A stretch of DNA of 63,695 nt, the filler included, from Reticulomyxa filosa (Eukaryota; Protista; Foraminifera): assembly GCA_000512085.1 (NCBI GenBank). It is 8 parts of 8 records of this genome, joined end to end, with 100 filler letters (N's around TTAATTAATTAA, not from the genome) between each part and the next. Parts side by side here need not be neighbours in the genome. Positions count along the whole stretch, not along the records: positions 27,235 to 29,816 come from ASPP01042698.1; positions 29,917 to 33,665 come from ASPP01027857.1; positions 33,766 to 37,609 come from ASPP01037209.1; positions 37,710 to 60,077 come from ASPP01009302.1; 4 more parts are not named here. One strand, written 5' to 3'. Under the pieces are notes generated by a model. That model was not told the origin of the DNA and did no database searches. It worked only from the letters and a program-made list of their open reading frames with translations. Each line of letters starts with the position of its first letter. Positions within the stretch are counted from its first letter, which is position 1. The translations under genes were made by a program, and so were the position numbers. Positions 27,235 through 39,095 of this stretch are shown here, one piece after another.

Positions 27235-29282
27235 TTCAAAGTGCACATTTTACATTACTTTTGCGTTTTTTTTTTTTTTGTGTTGCAAACAGTACAATGA
27301 AGCGCAATAAAACAGATATTACCTCCAGGATATAAGGCACACACGATTTTTGCAAAGCTTCGTGTTTGGTGTTGCCAGATATGGGCATTGCCTCCGCTTT
27401 TTGCAAGTCTTGACAACATTGAGATTGTAAAAAAGTAACAGTTTTTTTTTACCCTCTCTGCAAAAAACGTGAAAACTTATACCAGTTAGCCAGATCAAAC
27501 GTAAAATCATGCAAGCTACTCACTGGCTTTTGCACTGATGGTCTCACAAAGCGTAGGCAAGAAAAGCTTTGCTTGCTGTTTACGTGATCATCAATACTTA
27601 AACAATTGAAAAATCAATGGCCAGAAAAAAAAATAAAATTTACTACAAAACTTCTCATCTTGGGCCTGTGACACATTTGTTTCTGCAGTGGTTAAATGAG
27701 CGTATTATTCTTTTTTCCTTTCAAAATGTTCTTCAGACCAAAGAAAAGCGTAATACGAGGAGACTAGATTCTCAATAAAGAAGATTTTAACACTCACATT
27801 AGGGATACAAGAGAAAGCCTGATAATCAACAAAGGGTAAAAAAGCTTTGTTTGTGACAATGCTGAAAAGAAAAAAGGAGTTTCTTCGAACTTTTGTTGTA
27901 AAAAAGACTTTTAAAAACATAATCAAACACAAATCATCTTTCTTGTTTTATTATTTTCCTTTGAAAAATGCCAAACCAACACTTCAATTAACTAATACAA
28001 TCAATTATCGAGGACGTTCAAATAAACACAAAACGAGAAACCTGACACTAATCAAAATCATTTTATTTTAATGGTGTAACTATTCGATACTGATAGTAAA
28101 TTGTGTACAATTTAAACATAGCACTTTAGTATTCGATTAATGAATATACTAGTTGAAATTGGACTTTTCACAGCAACAAAAATTGTGCTAACAGAAAAAG
28201 TTGAAAGGTGAACATTTTTTTCCCTTTTTTGAAGTTTTTTGTCGACGTCGTTTTGTTAAAAGTTGTTAGTAGCTAGATTACGACTGGTTACATAGTCAGT
28301 GTATTATTTTGGTTTCCGGTGGATTATCGTGGTACTGGAATTGCGGTCCAATGTGGACAGGAGCTAGCAGTCAGCTGTCAGCGTAGGAGTTATACTTTAT
28401 TCATTTTTATTATAATTCATGTCTTTTTTATAATTGCCTTTTTTTCGTGATAGACATGTACGTGATTGCTTGTGAACCTGAGATTACTCGTATGGTGGAA
28501 TTTTCCTTCATTTTTTTCGGCTGTTCTTTTGTGGGTGTTTCTGTCCTCATTGCATCTTCTCCCCTTTTACACATTTCTCTATTCGTGTTTTTGTCCATGT
28601 GCACTACATTGACTTTTTTCTCCCACGTTAAATGTTTTTTTTCTTTAAAAAAAATCACTTTTTTCAAATTTATTATTTGGTGCTCTTTTTAATAAATTTT
28701 TTTCCTAGCTTTTGCTTTTTTTTTTTGTACCTGCTGCAGCGTTCATTATGTGATGATATTATTATGTGTTATCTGCCGTATTTGTGACATTGTGATCCTT
28801 CATTGTTTTTTTGTGATGTCACGCACACGCGTGTAGACCACTTCGATGCAGTATTACATCATTCCCACCGATCCTGCAAGTGAATAAGTCCATTCATGTG
28901 GACAAGATAATGACGACTCCAGATGAGTGGCTTATCTATTGCCTGTCATTATGCTCATGCCAATAGATATCGATCCGCTTTGTGATGCTTGACATCTAAC
29001 TAATGTGATTACAATTATTTGCGGATGGGATAGGATCAATTCGATGTATGGTGCATTATCTCCTTTTGTGGTCGGCTGTCGATATGAGTTAATCGATTTT
29101 ATAAGTTTAGAATAAACTTTCAATTATAACAATATTCGTTTGTTGTGTTTTATATGATGACTTGTGTCTTACAATAGTAATGGTATCAATCTGGGTATTT
29201 CTGCGTTTGCTATTATAAGATCCTGTTATGGTGTCATTATGTTTTTGTTTTATTTTTGTTTTTTTGGAAGTAATTTTATGTC

Positions 29283-29816
29283 GGAACGCTTGGGAAGTGC
29301 GTAGAAGAGACTAAAAAAAGCGATCTCTCGAAACAGACACCATATAGCACCGATGAAAAGACGAATTGAACAGAGTTGTTGGGAGTAATACGCAGCATGT
29401 TGAACGAAAGCGAAAAAAAAAGGAATGGCAATGACAACTCAGCAAGCCTAAGTAGAATGGAAAAGCAAAGTTTGATAGCACTGATGAGTGTGGTACTAGA
29501 CAAGATATCAACGAAGGTGTTGGAGCATATAATCGAAGACATACTGCGTCAACTGGGCAGACAATTGAACAAGTGGGTGAACAACGAATGGGGATTGCAT
29601 TGGTGTTTCATGTGTCTGTGCAGCGTAACAAAACGAGGGCTTATTCCTCATCATCCGGCAATATGGACCAACGACCTGGCGAAGAAAGTGTTTCAAGCGT
29701 GTTTGGTATTTTCCATCGATGAACGCGACCGCGTGCGCAAAGCTGCGATTAAATGTTTGAATATCATTTTGTCTGTGTCAAACAAAAATAGACCACAATC
29801 ACAATCACAATCACAA
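29283..29816 (+). CDS. RRP12: RRP12-like HEAT-repeat ribosome biogenesis protein, N-terminal fragment, with an in-frame TGA at 29367
   Basis: LMSVVLDKISTKVL...LHWCFMCLCSV...IW...VFQACLVFSIDERDRVRKAAIKCLNIIL follows the RRP12 N-terminal pattern (LVLKRVP..VL / RWVLSCL / GLLSFTVHPKPKIRKAAQ). Truncated by the contig end at a (CAATCA)n repeat. Confidence 0.68.
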
Positions 29817-29916
29817 NNNNNNNNNNNNNNNNNNNNNNNNNNNNNNNNNNNNNNNNNNNNTTAATTAATTAANNNNNNNNNNNNNNNNNNNNNNNNNNNN
29901 NNNNNNNNNNNNNNNN
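29817..29916. other. Artificial contig spacer
   Basis: N44-TTAATTAATTAA-N44. Confidence 0.98.
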
Positions 29917-30649
29917 AATTAATGTTCAAGTAAATTCCACTTCAATTGAGAAAATTGTTTGCAAGTGGTTGGCCGTTTTTTCTACTTCAATTTTTTCCTT
30001 GTTTTGAGTAATTCATAAAGACATTGTCTGTTTCAATTTGCCGAGAAAAGAGATGAGCTCTCTTTTCATTGCTTATGTACACCGCAGCAGTAATACCATT
30101 ACTCGTTTGGCTTTTTGTAATTATTGTGGCCAAAGTAGAAGTCATTTTGTTGTTGGAACTTTCATGTGATAAATGAACTATATACAACATTAACATTTGT
30201 TGTATATTTACGTATTCTATTGAACATGTCTTGAGATTCAAAAAAACCACAAAATAAGTATATTCCATTTCTATTGATAATGTGAATTCTTTTTTTCCTA
30301 TACCATAAGCGTTTATAATATAAATTCATGTGTTATGTTTAAAACTTCTTTTTTGGAAATTACGTCACATATAAATGATTAAAAGATGATAATTGTCAAA
30401 TGGAAGATTTTTAAAAAAACTTTGCACCAAACAATATTTTTTACAAAAGCTGTATAGCTCTTTATGATACCGAGATAAATACTGTGTTTTATTAAAAACT
30501 AAAAATTGTAAATTAAGCAATAAGCCAAATAATTAACTCCAAAAAGAATTAAAAAAAAAGATCATTTACAATTATAAAAATGTGGACTCTAAGTCATTGG
30601 AGTCGTTTTTTCTTTACGAGCGTGAGTAACTTTCGTGTTCATAAGATAG

Positions 30650-33480
30650 CAATCTTTCAACGTTTGCATTTGCAAAGACAATGGGTGAAGTATGGCCCGC
30701 GAGAGACAATGATGATGACGATGGTTATGACGATGATGCTGTTAATAATTTGGCTTCGACTGACAGAGGGAGATGTCTGCGTTCGAGCCAACACGGATAA
30801 AAACGACACGGCAAAGGACTCCAATGAGATGTCAGCCACCATCTCCCTAAATCATCGTTGGAAAACAGAGTGACGGCGAGGCTCGTCAAATGGAAAAAAA
30901 AGACAATGTTTGGTATGCTTGCGACTCAAAGCAAATGGACAGAAGTTCTCTCTCTCTCTCTCTCTCTCTCTGATATAGTTTCTTTGAACGGCAGCAGGAC
31001 GATCATCTGCTGCACCCCATTGGCCCAGCATGTGCAATTGCGACGGACTCCAATTTGTCGTGGCGAGCACCATGTCATTCACACGAGGCTCCAAAGTGTA
31101 ATGCTGCGACGCCAACATCGTCTTAGCATGTGCAACACCAATTGATTCAATAAATTTATATCGCCAACATGTGTTGCACATGCTCCCACGACGATGACAA
31201 TGACACACGTAAGGACGATAACAAAGGGGACAAAGACTGAGATTTGCCTTGCATGCAGGCATACACACACACACACACACACACGACAAGCCAACGCATT
31301 GGTAGTTGATGAGAATGCACGTAAATTTATTTCGATATCTCCTCTAGAGCCTCCAAACAAATTGGTATACGTGTCGGAGCAATAGTAATTCCCATTGACC
31401 AACTGTACCGTGGGACACCACATTTGCAATATCATTTTCTGTTAATGGTTGCGACGAGTGGTCATCTTTTGACTTCCGATACATATCAACCCACTCGGAT
31501 TGGAAGGGTTTGCGCGACTGAATGGCAGTATTCAGCAGCGACACATATGGATTGGGACATTTTCCACGGCAGTCGACGTTGGTGGTATTCGAACAAAAGG
31601 GATGCTGTGGCAATGCTTGGGACGGCCAACCTGAAAGGAATGGCAGTGCTGGGACGAGTGTCCCCAATGCGACGCTAGATGCGGTTTGTAAAAATGTGTT
31701 GAGAAAAACAAGCTGTCAAACTGTTGGTTTAGCATGGATAGGAGAACGAACAAAGGGACAGAATCGACTGGCTCCAGCTCTGGATTGGGTGATCAACCAA
31801 TAGCATCGCGTTTGCTTTGCTGCAGCACAAGTTCAATCGACGACCCACCAGCAGCGGAATAATGGAAGGAGCATTCAACACCAATGGCAATGGCAATGGC
31901 AATAGTGCAGGTTTTTTTAATTACACGTATACACAAGACTCCAAATATTGCCAAAGGTTCGACAAAGGCTTTGACGTATCCAACGGACGCAGATGTATGT
32001 GCAACCATTGCGAAAAGCAGTCAAGATGCAGATGTGCAAACATATCTGAGTGATAGCAATGCAGCGATCTCCGCAAATGGGATATTCTCGTCGTCGTTGT
32101 GGTCGAATCAGCAGCTCATTGACGATGGCGTCGCGATACACCATGACTTGGGAGGGGGGGGGGGACGTCTGTCAAACCTCTTTGTTATCGCAGTGCAGGC
32201 AACCAAAGATGAGATATTTTTCCAAGTGAGAAATACATCTGGAGAAAAGCTCTTCCCAACAAAAGAAGAAAAAGAAGAAGATTTAGAGGTTTGCATAAAA
32301 GGGGTCGATACGCTGTTGCAACCAACAGTATGCGATTGAGTAGCTGCTGTGACTTGTCTTTTGTTTGCTTTGACATAATTCAATGTCAACAAACGGAACA
32401 GTTGTTGATCGTGCTGAAGCAGGTGGTATTGCAACAAAGACAGAAGGGTGGTGGTGGTCGTCATTGTTGTTGTCTCGCTCACTTCCTTTATACGTATAAT
32501 AACGTATCCCCTCGTGATATTGCACTTGAGCAGCTTTGGATATAGCACGTTGGACAAAATGGTCGCGCAGAAATGTGTGTCGTCGGTATATGTTGCAAAG
32601 AGAACACACAAATTTGCGTGTGGTCAAAGTCCACTGGCGTTGGATCTCTGCAAACGTCGTCTTGTTGGTCAACGATGACTGCCGGAGCAAGAGGAGCAAC
32701 TGACCCTTTCCATGTTTGTATCTTGCGCAGATGCAAGCGACCAAGCTGGTCCAAATGCCACTCAAATCCATATCTCCTCACCTCGAGACATTGGCTTGGC
32801 AATACACACATACATGCCTTTGGTAAATGAATAGTACAGCTTTTGGAAATGGCTAGCAGAGCATCCTTTGCCGTCAATGTTGTACAGTACCCATGGCAGC
32901 TGCTGCAAAAAATAATAGTTTTCTGAGAGATTGCTGTCATCGTTGTTATTCCAACTACCATTGCTACTTGCTGCCATTTCTACTCCATTTGCAATCAATA
33001 ATGGACTGACTTGACTTTGTTTGGAAATTCTGCTCCGCCATTTGCACGACCGTGTCTCGAATGGCATCGACCTCTCTTATCTCTATCTCTCGTGCAGATG
33101 CGCAAGGACAACTCTTGTATGTTTCGAAACGCTTTCACTACCATCAACGACTTGTCTTGCAATCTCGACTCGAGCTCACTCATAAAGCGATAGTCGGAGA
33201 CGATGACAGGAGACGCGTGGGCGCGGAGAGTGATATCAAAATCCAACAGTGTGACGAACATACACCCGCCATCGTTGTTGTTGTTGTCGTTGCCAGGACC
33301 ACGAGTATGGAACTTGCATCCAGAAACGCCTGGTGTCGACAGCGATTCAATTCCAATCCCAGTTGTGCTGCATATGCCAAGTGTGACATCATGTCCACTT
33401 TGCGCGAAACCAACAAGTCTTCATGTTCTTTGGCTTTGGCGCTACCAAATTCCAATTTGTGCGTTAGTTGCAGTTGTTGA
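30650..33480 (-). pseudogene. Coding-like but repeatedly frameshifted region of unknown family
   Basis: GC-richer than its flanks. Protein-like minus-strand ORFs overlap in alternating frames (33180-33455, 32995-33261, 32762-33067, 32283-32771, 32108-32611, 31344-31667) with no AT-rich introns between them. (TC)n near 30950 and (CA)n near 31265. Confidence 0.45.
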
Positions 33481-33665
33481 ACCCAGCGATCGTCTTGAAT
33501 GTGAAAACTGTTTCTATATGGTTATATATTTATGTTTTTGGAGTTTTTTTGGACAATACAAAAACGAAAAATGGATACGTTTCTTAACTCAACATCGCAG
33601 GATAGTGGAAGCACAGGAACGATTATTATTTTGGAGTCAAAGCTCCAATAATCAAACAAAAAAAA

Positions 33666-33765
33666 NNNNNNNNNNNNNNNNNNNNNNNNNNNNNNNNNNN
33701 NNNNNNNNNTTAATTAATTAANNNNNNNNNNNNNNNNNNNNNNNNNNNNNNNNNNNNNNNNNNNN
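33666..33765. other. Artificial contig spacer
   Basis: N44-TTAATTAATTAA-N44. Confidence 0.98.
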
Positions 33766-33784
33766 AAAAAAAAAAGAATTAACT

Positions 33785-36700
33785 TGGAAATAACAATTTT
33801 CATAAAACGTTGACAAAATATTCATGCAAACCATGGTCAATAATCTGTCGATAACATTTTTATACTTTTCAAAAAAGGAACAACCTAATGATAATGCGTC
33901 TACGTTGCCAGGATTTTTGACTTCTTTTTTATTCAAAATGCGCGTAATTGGCTCAGATAGTATGCCTTTTTCTTCAAAAAATTGCTTCAGCCTCGAAATG
34001 ATTTCTTTTCGGCATTCTACAATCTCAGCCGATTCTTCAAATAAAGTCAGCAGTCTTTGTATATCACTACTTCCATTTTTTTGAGTGGGGAACTGGAGCC
34101 GTGCAAACGCGCGTCGAATTGCGTTGCGCAACCGAGTATTTGATTCATCATTTTTGAGCACATCCAACATGGTCTGTGAAAGTAGAGTTTTCAATTGCAC
34201 TGACTCCACCGAACTTAAGTTATCAACATATGTGAATTTCCATTTTCTGGAGAAAATTAAGGGAAAAGGATTCTTGAAAATCGGCGGTTTAATATGTACA
34301 AGCAAAACAACCAATCTTTGTTCCATTTGTTTTTTTTCTTCGTCTTTGTTATCTTCTTTTTGGTCCTTTCCTTCTTCGTTGCAACAATAGTATTGATGAT
34401 GCGCATGCTCCAGTGTATGTTTGATATGCATGAAATGGCTAAAGTTTTTGGAGTCATGTACGTACTGCAAAATCAGTAGATCTTGAGTTGTGTTATCCGG
34501 GCTGAAGAAATAATGAATGGCCTGTTCAAAGTCGACTGACTTTTTGAATGATGCAATTTTTTTTGTCGCGTAATTCCACTGAACTGGTAAATTGCACTCA
34601 AAGTCACCAGTGAGTATCAATGCCATTTGTTTATTCGATTCCATTTGTTGCAGTTCAATAACTTTCCCAAAAGAAGGAAATTCTTTTTGTCCAGCTTTTT
34701 CATATCAAATTTTTCTCCTTGATCAACAGCAATTTCGAGAATGGTCTCTGGATTACATAAAGGTTTAAATAAATCCACGATTGCATCTACAGTTGCATCA
34801 TCAAGTTCCTGGCTTTTTGGTTCATTTTGATCAAAAGCATCAGGTGATTTTTGTTCTTCTTTTCTTTCTGCTAAAATGTTAAACAACGCCGAAGGTATAG
34901 TGTCATCGTTGAATCCACAAAATAATTTATCCAATTGTTTAGAAGCCACTCCAAACACTTGAGCTAATCTTTCTTCTATTTTTGATATCCATGGCTCCGT
35001 TTCAGAGGACAACGAGGTACGATATGATATCAATTGTTTTTCAAAGCGATTTAAAAATGCAATTGGCATCTCAGGTGCGTATGCTATATTTTTATTCACA
35101 ATCACGATGCATTTGAATTGATCTTTTACAAAACAATCTTTGCTCTCGCTTCCCAGAGCCACTCGACAATACATATTTCCTATTTATTTATTTGTGTTAT
35201 ATTTTTCTAGGTCACGCACATAAATAGGGATATTGTCTTTAAAATAATCTTTACCAGAGGGTTTTTTTTGATATCTTTGGTTAAGCATATCATATAAACT
35301 TTCATAAATTGAATCCAACTTGTACAAAATGACTCTTTTCCCAGTGCCCATACAATTAATAACTTTGTTTAAATGTTCATAATCCGAAATGCTTGAAGTT
35401 TGGTCATGTGCAAACTCACTTTTAAATAAAAATACGTCGTCATACTTTAAGATTCCATTTTCTAACAAAACTTGCCAAGAATGCTCTAATTCACTGATCA
35501 CCATACAATGACGACTGACAATATAATTGTCCCCAAGCAATTTTGAATTATTCGTTCGAGTGTCTAAAAGATTTCGTTGCACACAATCCATTGGCGTGAA
35601 TTTGCTCATTTTTTTGTGGACCTCTTCTTTGCTAAATCCCAATACATTGCAAAAAATATCTCCTAAATTTCGGAGCAAGTCCTCTCTTGGAATACCTCCA
35701 AAGTTTCTCATAAATCCTTCAAATGATAGATTATAAGAAAGACTTTGGAGTTGATATCGAATTAAAGAATAAAAATCACGAGCTCCAAAAAAGTTTTTCT
35801 TCTTCATCGGTTCAAATTTATTTGAGTTTTTGATTACTCGATCGTACACATTGGCAATATTTTCAATGTCACCTTCTAACCATTCGTTTTTCGGTTGTCC
35901 TCCACACAACCTTAAACTCTCTCGATAGTGTTTCATCATTTCCAAAGCAGTGTTTTTTAACTCTTCTGTCGTCATTGACGGGATTTGATGCATAATCACT
36001 CGATTCATTTTGGCAGCATCCAAAGGCCAATTGGAAATTCCGACAAAAGATATCTTTGGATCTTCCAAGAGTTGGTGCAATATTTTTAAAGGAGAGTGCT
36101 TTGAATGTTCGGCCAATCCAATTTCATCGAGCAATAGAATTGGCTTGACTTGATTGTTCTCACTGTGACGCATTGCTTGATCCCATCGCTCTTTAATTCC
36201 TTGCGGTTTGCTATCACGAGTGCATTGGAATGCAATGGTATGAATTGGCTTAACAGCGAAATGTATATTAACTTTCTTTAATCTTTCTTCAAACTCCGTT
36301 TTATTGTGAGAAAGGTTGTCACGAACAATTTGAAAAGATAGAGTCTTTGAGGTGCCCGGTTTGCCCACTAAAACAATTGGAGTAGTAGTGATAATGGACA
36401 TGAACAAAATGAACAAGTTTTCTTTTAATCCTTGATTCAATGCAACACCTCCAGGAATTAAAAACGATTTGCACAGCTTGTCCACTTCTTGCTCCAAGAG
36501 TTTGGTAAATGTAATATCTGTGGAGGACAGCTCTTTACTCAAGTCTTGTCTTTCATTAATGTTTAATCGAAAGTAATAACATAATCCAATGGCAATATCC
36601 AAACTTCGACTAATCCAAGGAATATCGTTGGAATTATTTAATTCATAGCATTGCTTCATCAACCATTCGAATATCTTCAAACATCTTGACACATCTCGCA

Positions 36701-37600
36701 ATGAGACAATGGCTTTATCTCTTAAATGTATGCGTAAAAACTTTTGGGCTGTTGCAATCTTTTTCGAAATTTCATTTTTCCGTTTTTCAAAATCTTCATG
36801 TAAGTTAAACGGAAGCTCATTTTTCACTTGATTTGTCATTTCCACAATATACTGTTGCTCATCAAGTTCAGACAATCTTCCAAATGACCATACGTACTCC
36901 TTCATAGTCTCACACAATGGATGCACTCGGTATACGTATTTGCTCAATTCATCACTTGCAAGCAATTCATCTTCGTCGGCACTCAATTTGCGTTGTCTAT
37001 ATGGATTGCATGCAGCAATAATTTTAATACCTTCTGGTATTTTTACTCCGTCCAATGTATGATTACACACCAATTCGTTCAACCAACCAATATCTGGAGA
37101 AGTATTGATTTCATCCAAAAATATCCATTGTTCTCGGTCTCTCTCGTCCTTTTTTTCATCGCTTTCCCATTTGTCCACGCATGTTTTGACAATGTTTCGA
37201 AGATCCTCCCTTCCAAATCCTCCATGTACATCGATGGCTTGCAAAAACACATGGGCTACTTTGGCCAGACATTTGATCAATGAAGTTTTTCCACAACCAG
37301 TCTCTCCCATTAAAATGATTGGCGTATTGGATCGTATCCTCAAATATATTGCGATCATTTTCAATATATTGTCATAAGTTAATACATAATGTCGAAACTC
37401 GCCAATCTTCATATTTTCGTTTACCATTTGTTCTTTTTCTGGATTCTTTTGCTCATTTGGAATGAACTCCATTCCCCATAACTCCACTTTGATGTTTGCC
37501 TTTAGAGTCTCTTTTGTGCCGACAATGCGGAACAATAGCTCTGTTCTTTTCTCTTTTTCCGCAATTTCTGCAGATACCTTCGGCATGTTATCCTTCTTCG
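33785..37600 (-). CDS. RNF213: RNF213/mysterin-like dynein-type multi-AAA+ ATPase, internal fragment
   Basis: PIILMGETGCGKT, IFLDEINT, IAACNPYR, YRVHPLCETM, VSLRDV, ALNQGLKENLF, LVGKPGTSKTLS, LLDEIGLAE.S..SPLKILH.LLE, GISNWPLDAAKMNR, FFGARDFYSL, SLYDMLNQ, YCRVALG, AFLNRFEK: the ordered RNF213 AAA motif series. One intron near 35180-35253 and an apparent frameshift near 34690. Confidence 0.88.
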
Positions 37601-37609
37601 CCTATTTTA

Positions 37610-37709
37610 NNNNNNNNNNNNNNNNNNNNNNNNNNNNNNNNNNNNNNNNNNNNTTAATTAATTAANNNNNNNNNNNNNNNNNNNNNNNNNNNNNNNNNNN
37701 NNNNNNNNN
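37610..37709. other. Artificial contig spacer
   Basis: N44-TTAATTAATTAA-N44. Confidence 0.98.
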
Positions 37710-37762
37710 TCAGATATTTATAGGGCCTTGCCCTACAGTATTCTGCCATATTTAAACAGAGT

Positions 37763-37886
37763 TACAATCGACCACAAAAAAGACTATTTAAAATACATCA
37801 CTTAAATATTTGCAATTTTTGATGAAAAAAAATTTAAAAAAATGTTAAGTGATGTATTTTAATAGTCTTTTTTGTGGTCGATTGTA
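37763..37886. mobile_element. Small TA-flanked hairpin MITE (about 40-bp inverted arms)
   Basis: TA-caatcgaccacaaaaaagactatttaaaatacatcacttaa ... ttaagtgatgtattttaatagtcttttttgtggtcgattg-TA. The arms differ by one indel. Confidence 0.8.
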
Positions 37887-38211
37887 TAAGTTATTCAGAT
37901 AAATGTTTGTCAGGAAGTTAATATTTGTCCTCAAATAGCTTTAGAAATTTTTGTGGTCATTGTTTAAAAGTTTGTTGATATGAACATCAGCTCGAGCTGT
38001 GGACTTGATCTAATGTTGTACAACATGAAAAAACAAAGTCAGGAGAAAAACTAGACTTTGAGAAAAGAAAAAGGAAGCTACGTTGAGCCAACTTTTTCCG
38101 ATTTAAAGGAGTACTTTTTTAAAATTATTTTATTTTTAGCAAAAAAATATAATCTTAGCATTTTCATTCAATTTTACTTGTCATCACCGGTTTGGAAGCG
38201 AGTTTAGTGCA

Positions 38212-39062
38212 ATGTCGGGTAAGTCATCAAGCAGTCGTGCTCTCACTGTGTGGTAGAGTGAGCAAACACAAAACAAAAAAAACCAAGACACAAAAATAAA
38301 ACAAAAGAAAAGGGAGACGACAAGCAAAACCAAGCCGACAATGAAAAAGTGGAAGAAGAGAAAGTAGAATTTCGTAAAAAATATCCATTTGATTTAGTAG
38401 GAAGAGGAGTGGCAGGAGTGGATGAAATGCGTGAGTATTTGGACGACACAAAAGTATATTTTGGTTTGCTACAAATAAAAGTGGGAACGGGATCGTTTGC
38501 TCGGTCAAAGAATATATTTATTCACTTTAACGGAGATAAGCATCCAAAGCCATTGCAAAGATCACAAGCCAACAAAAAACTGAAAGCGGCCAAAGATATG
38601 ATGAGCCCTTGGCATGCCGAGTTGGTATTAGCAAATAAAAAAGAGTGCACAATAGACGAAATATTTTCTCGAACCAAAAATGCGTTTGTCGCCGATAATT
38701 TGGGAAGCGAGGGAGGAAAACTAGATTTGACTAAAGTTTGGATTATTTGTCTATTTCTATTTTTCTTGCAATTTCCAAATCATTGACTATGCTCTGCACG
38801 CAATATGCATATTGTGAGTGCAAGCCAAGGGTTTCGTTTGTTCTAAAAAGATGACTTTCAAACTGTGTTGGATGATCGGAAACAAAATAAAAACACAGCT
38901 AAAAACCGAATACAAAGAGAAAATGCAACAATTGGCTGCGAAGAAAGAAGAAGAACAAAAAAAATTGGAAGAAGCCAAGCGCAAATTGTTGGAAAAGCAT
39001 AGAGAGGAAGAGAGACGAGTGTTGAGTAAAACAAACACAACACACAAAAAATTATTTTCTGT

Positions 39063-39095
<33 letters not shown>

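Noticed and set aside
28140-29120. Possible spliced membrane-protein gene
   Set aside because: The hydrophobic ORFs largely reflect T-rich intron-like DNA; no consistent frame or family.
29367-29369. Genetic-code reassignment of TGA
   Set aside because: Conserved Trp residues in TPI, IFT88 and the RNF213-like gene use TGG, and IFT88 ends at TGA. One case is not evidence.
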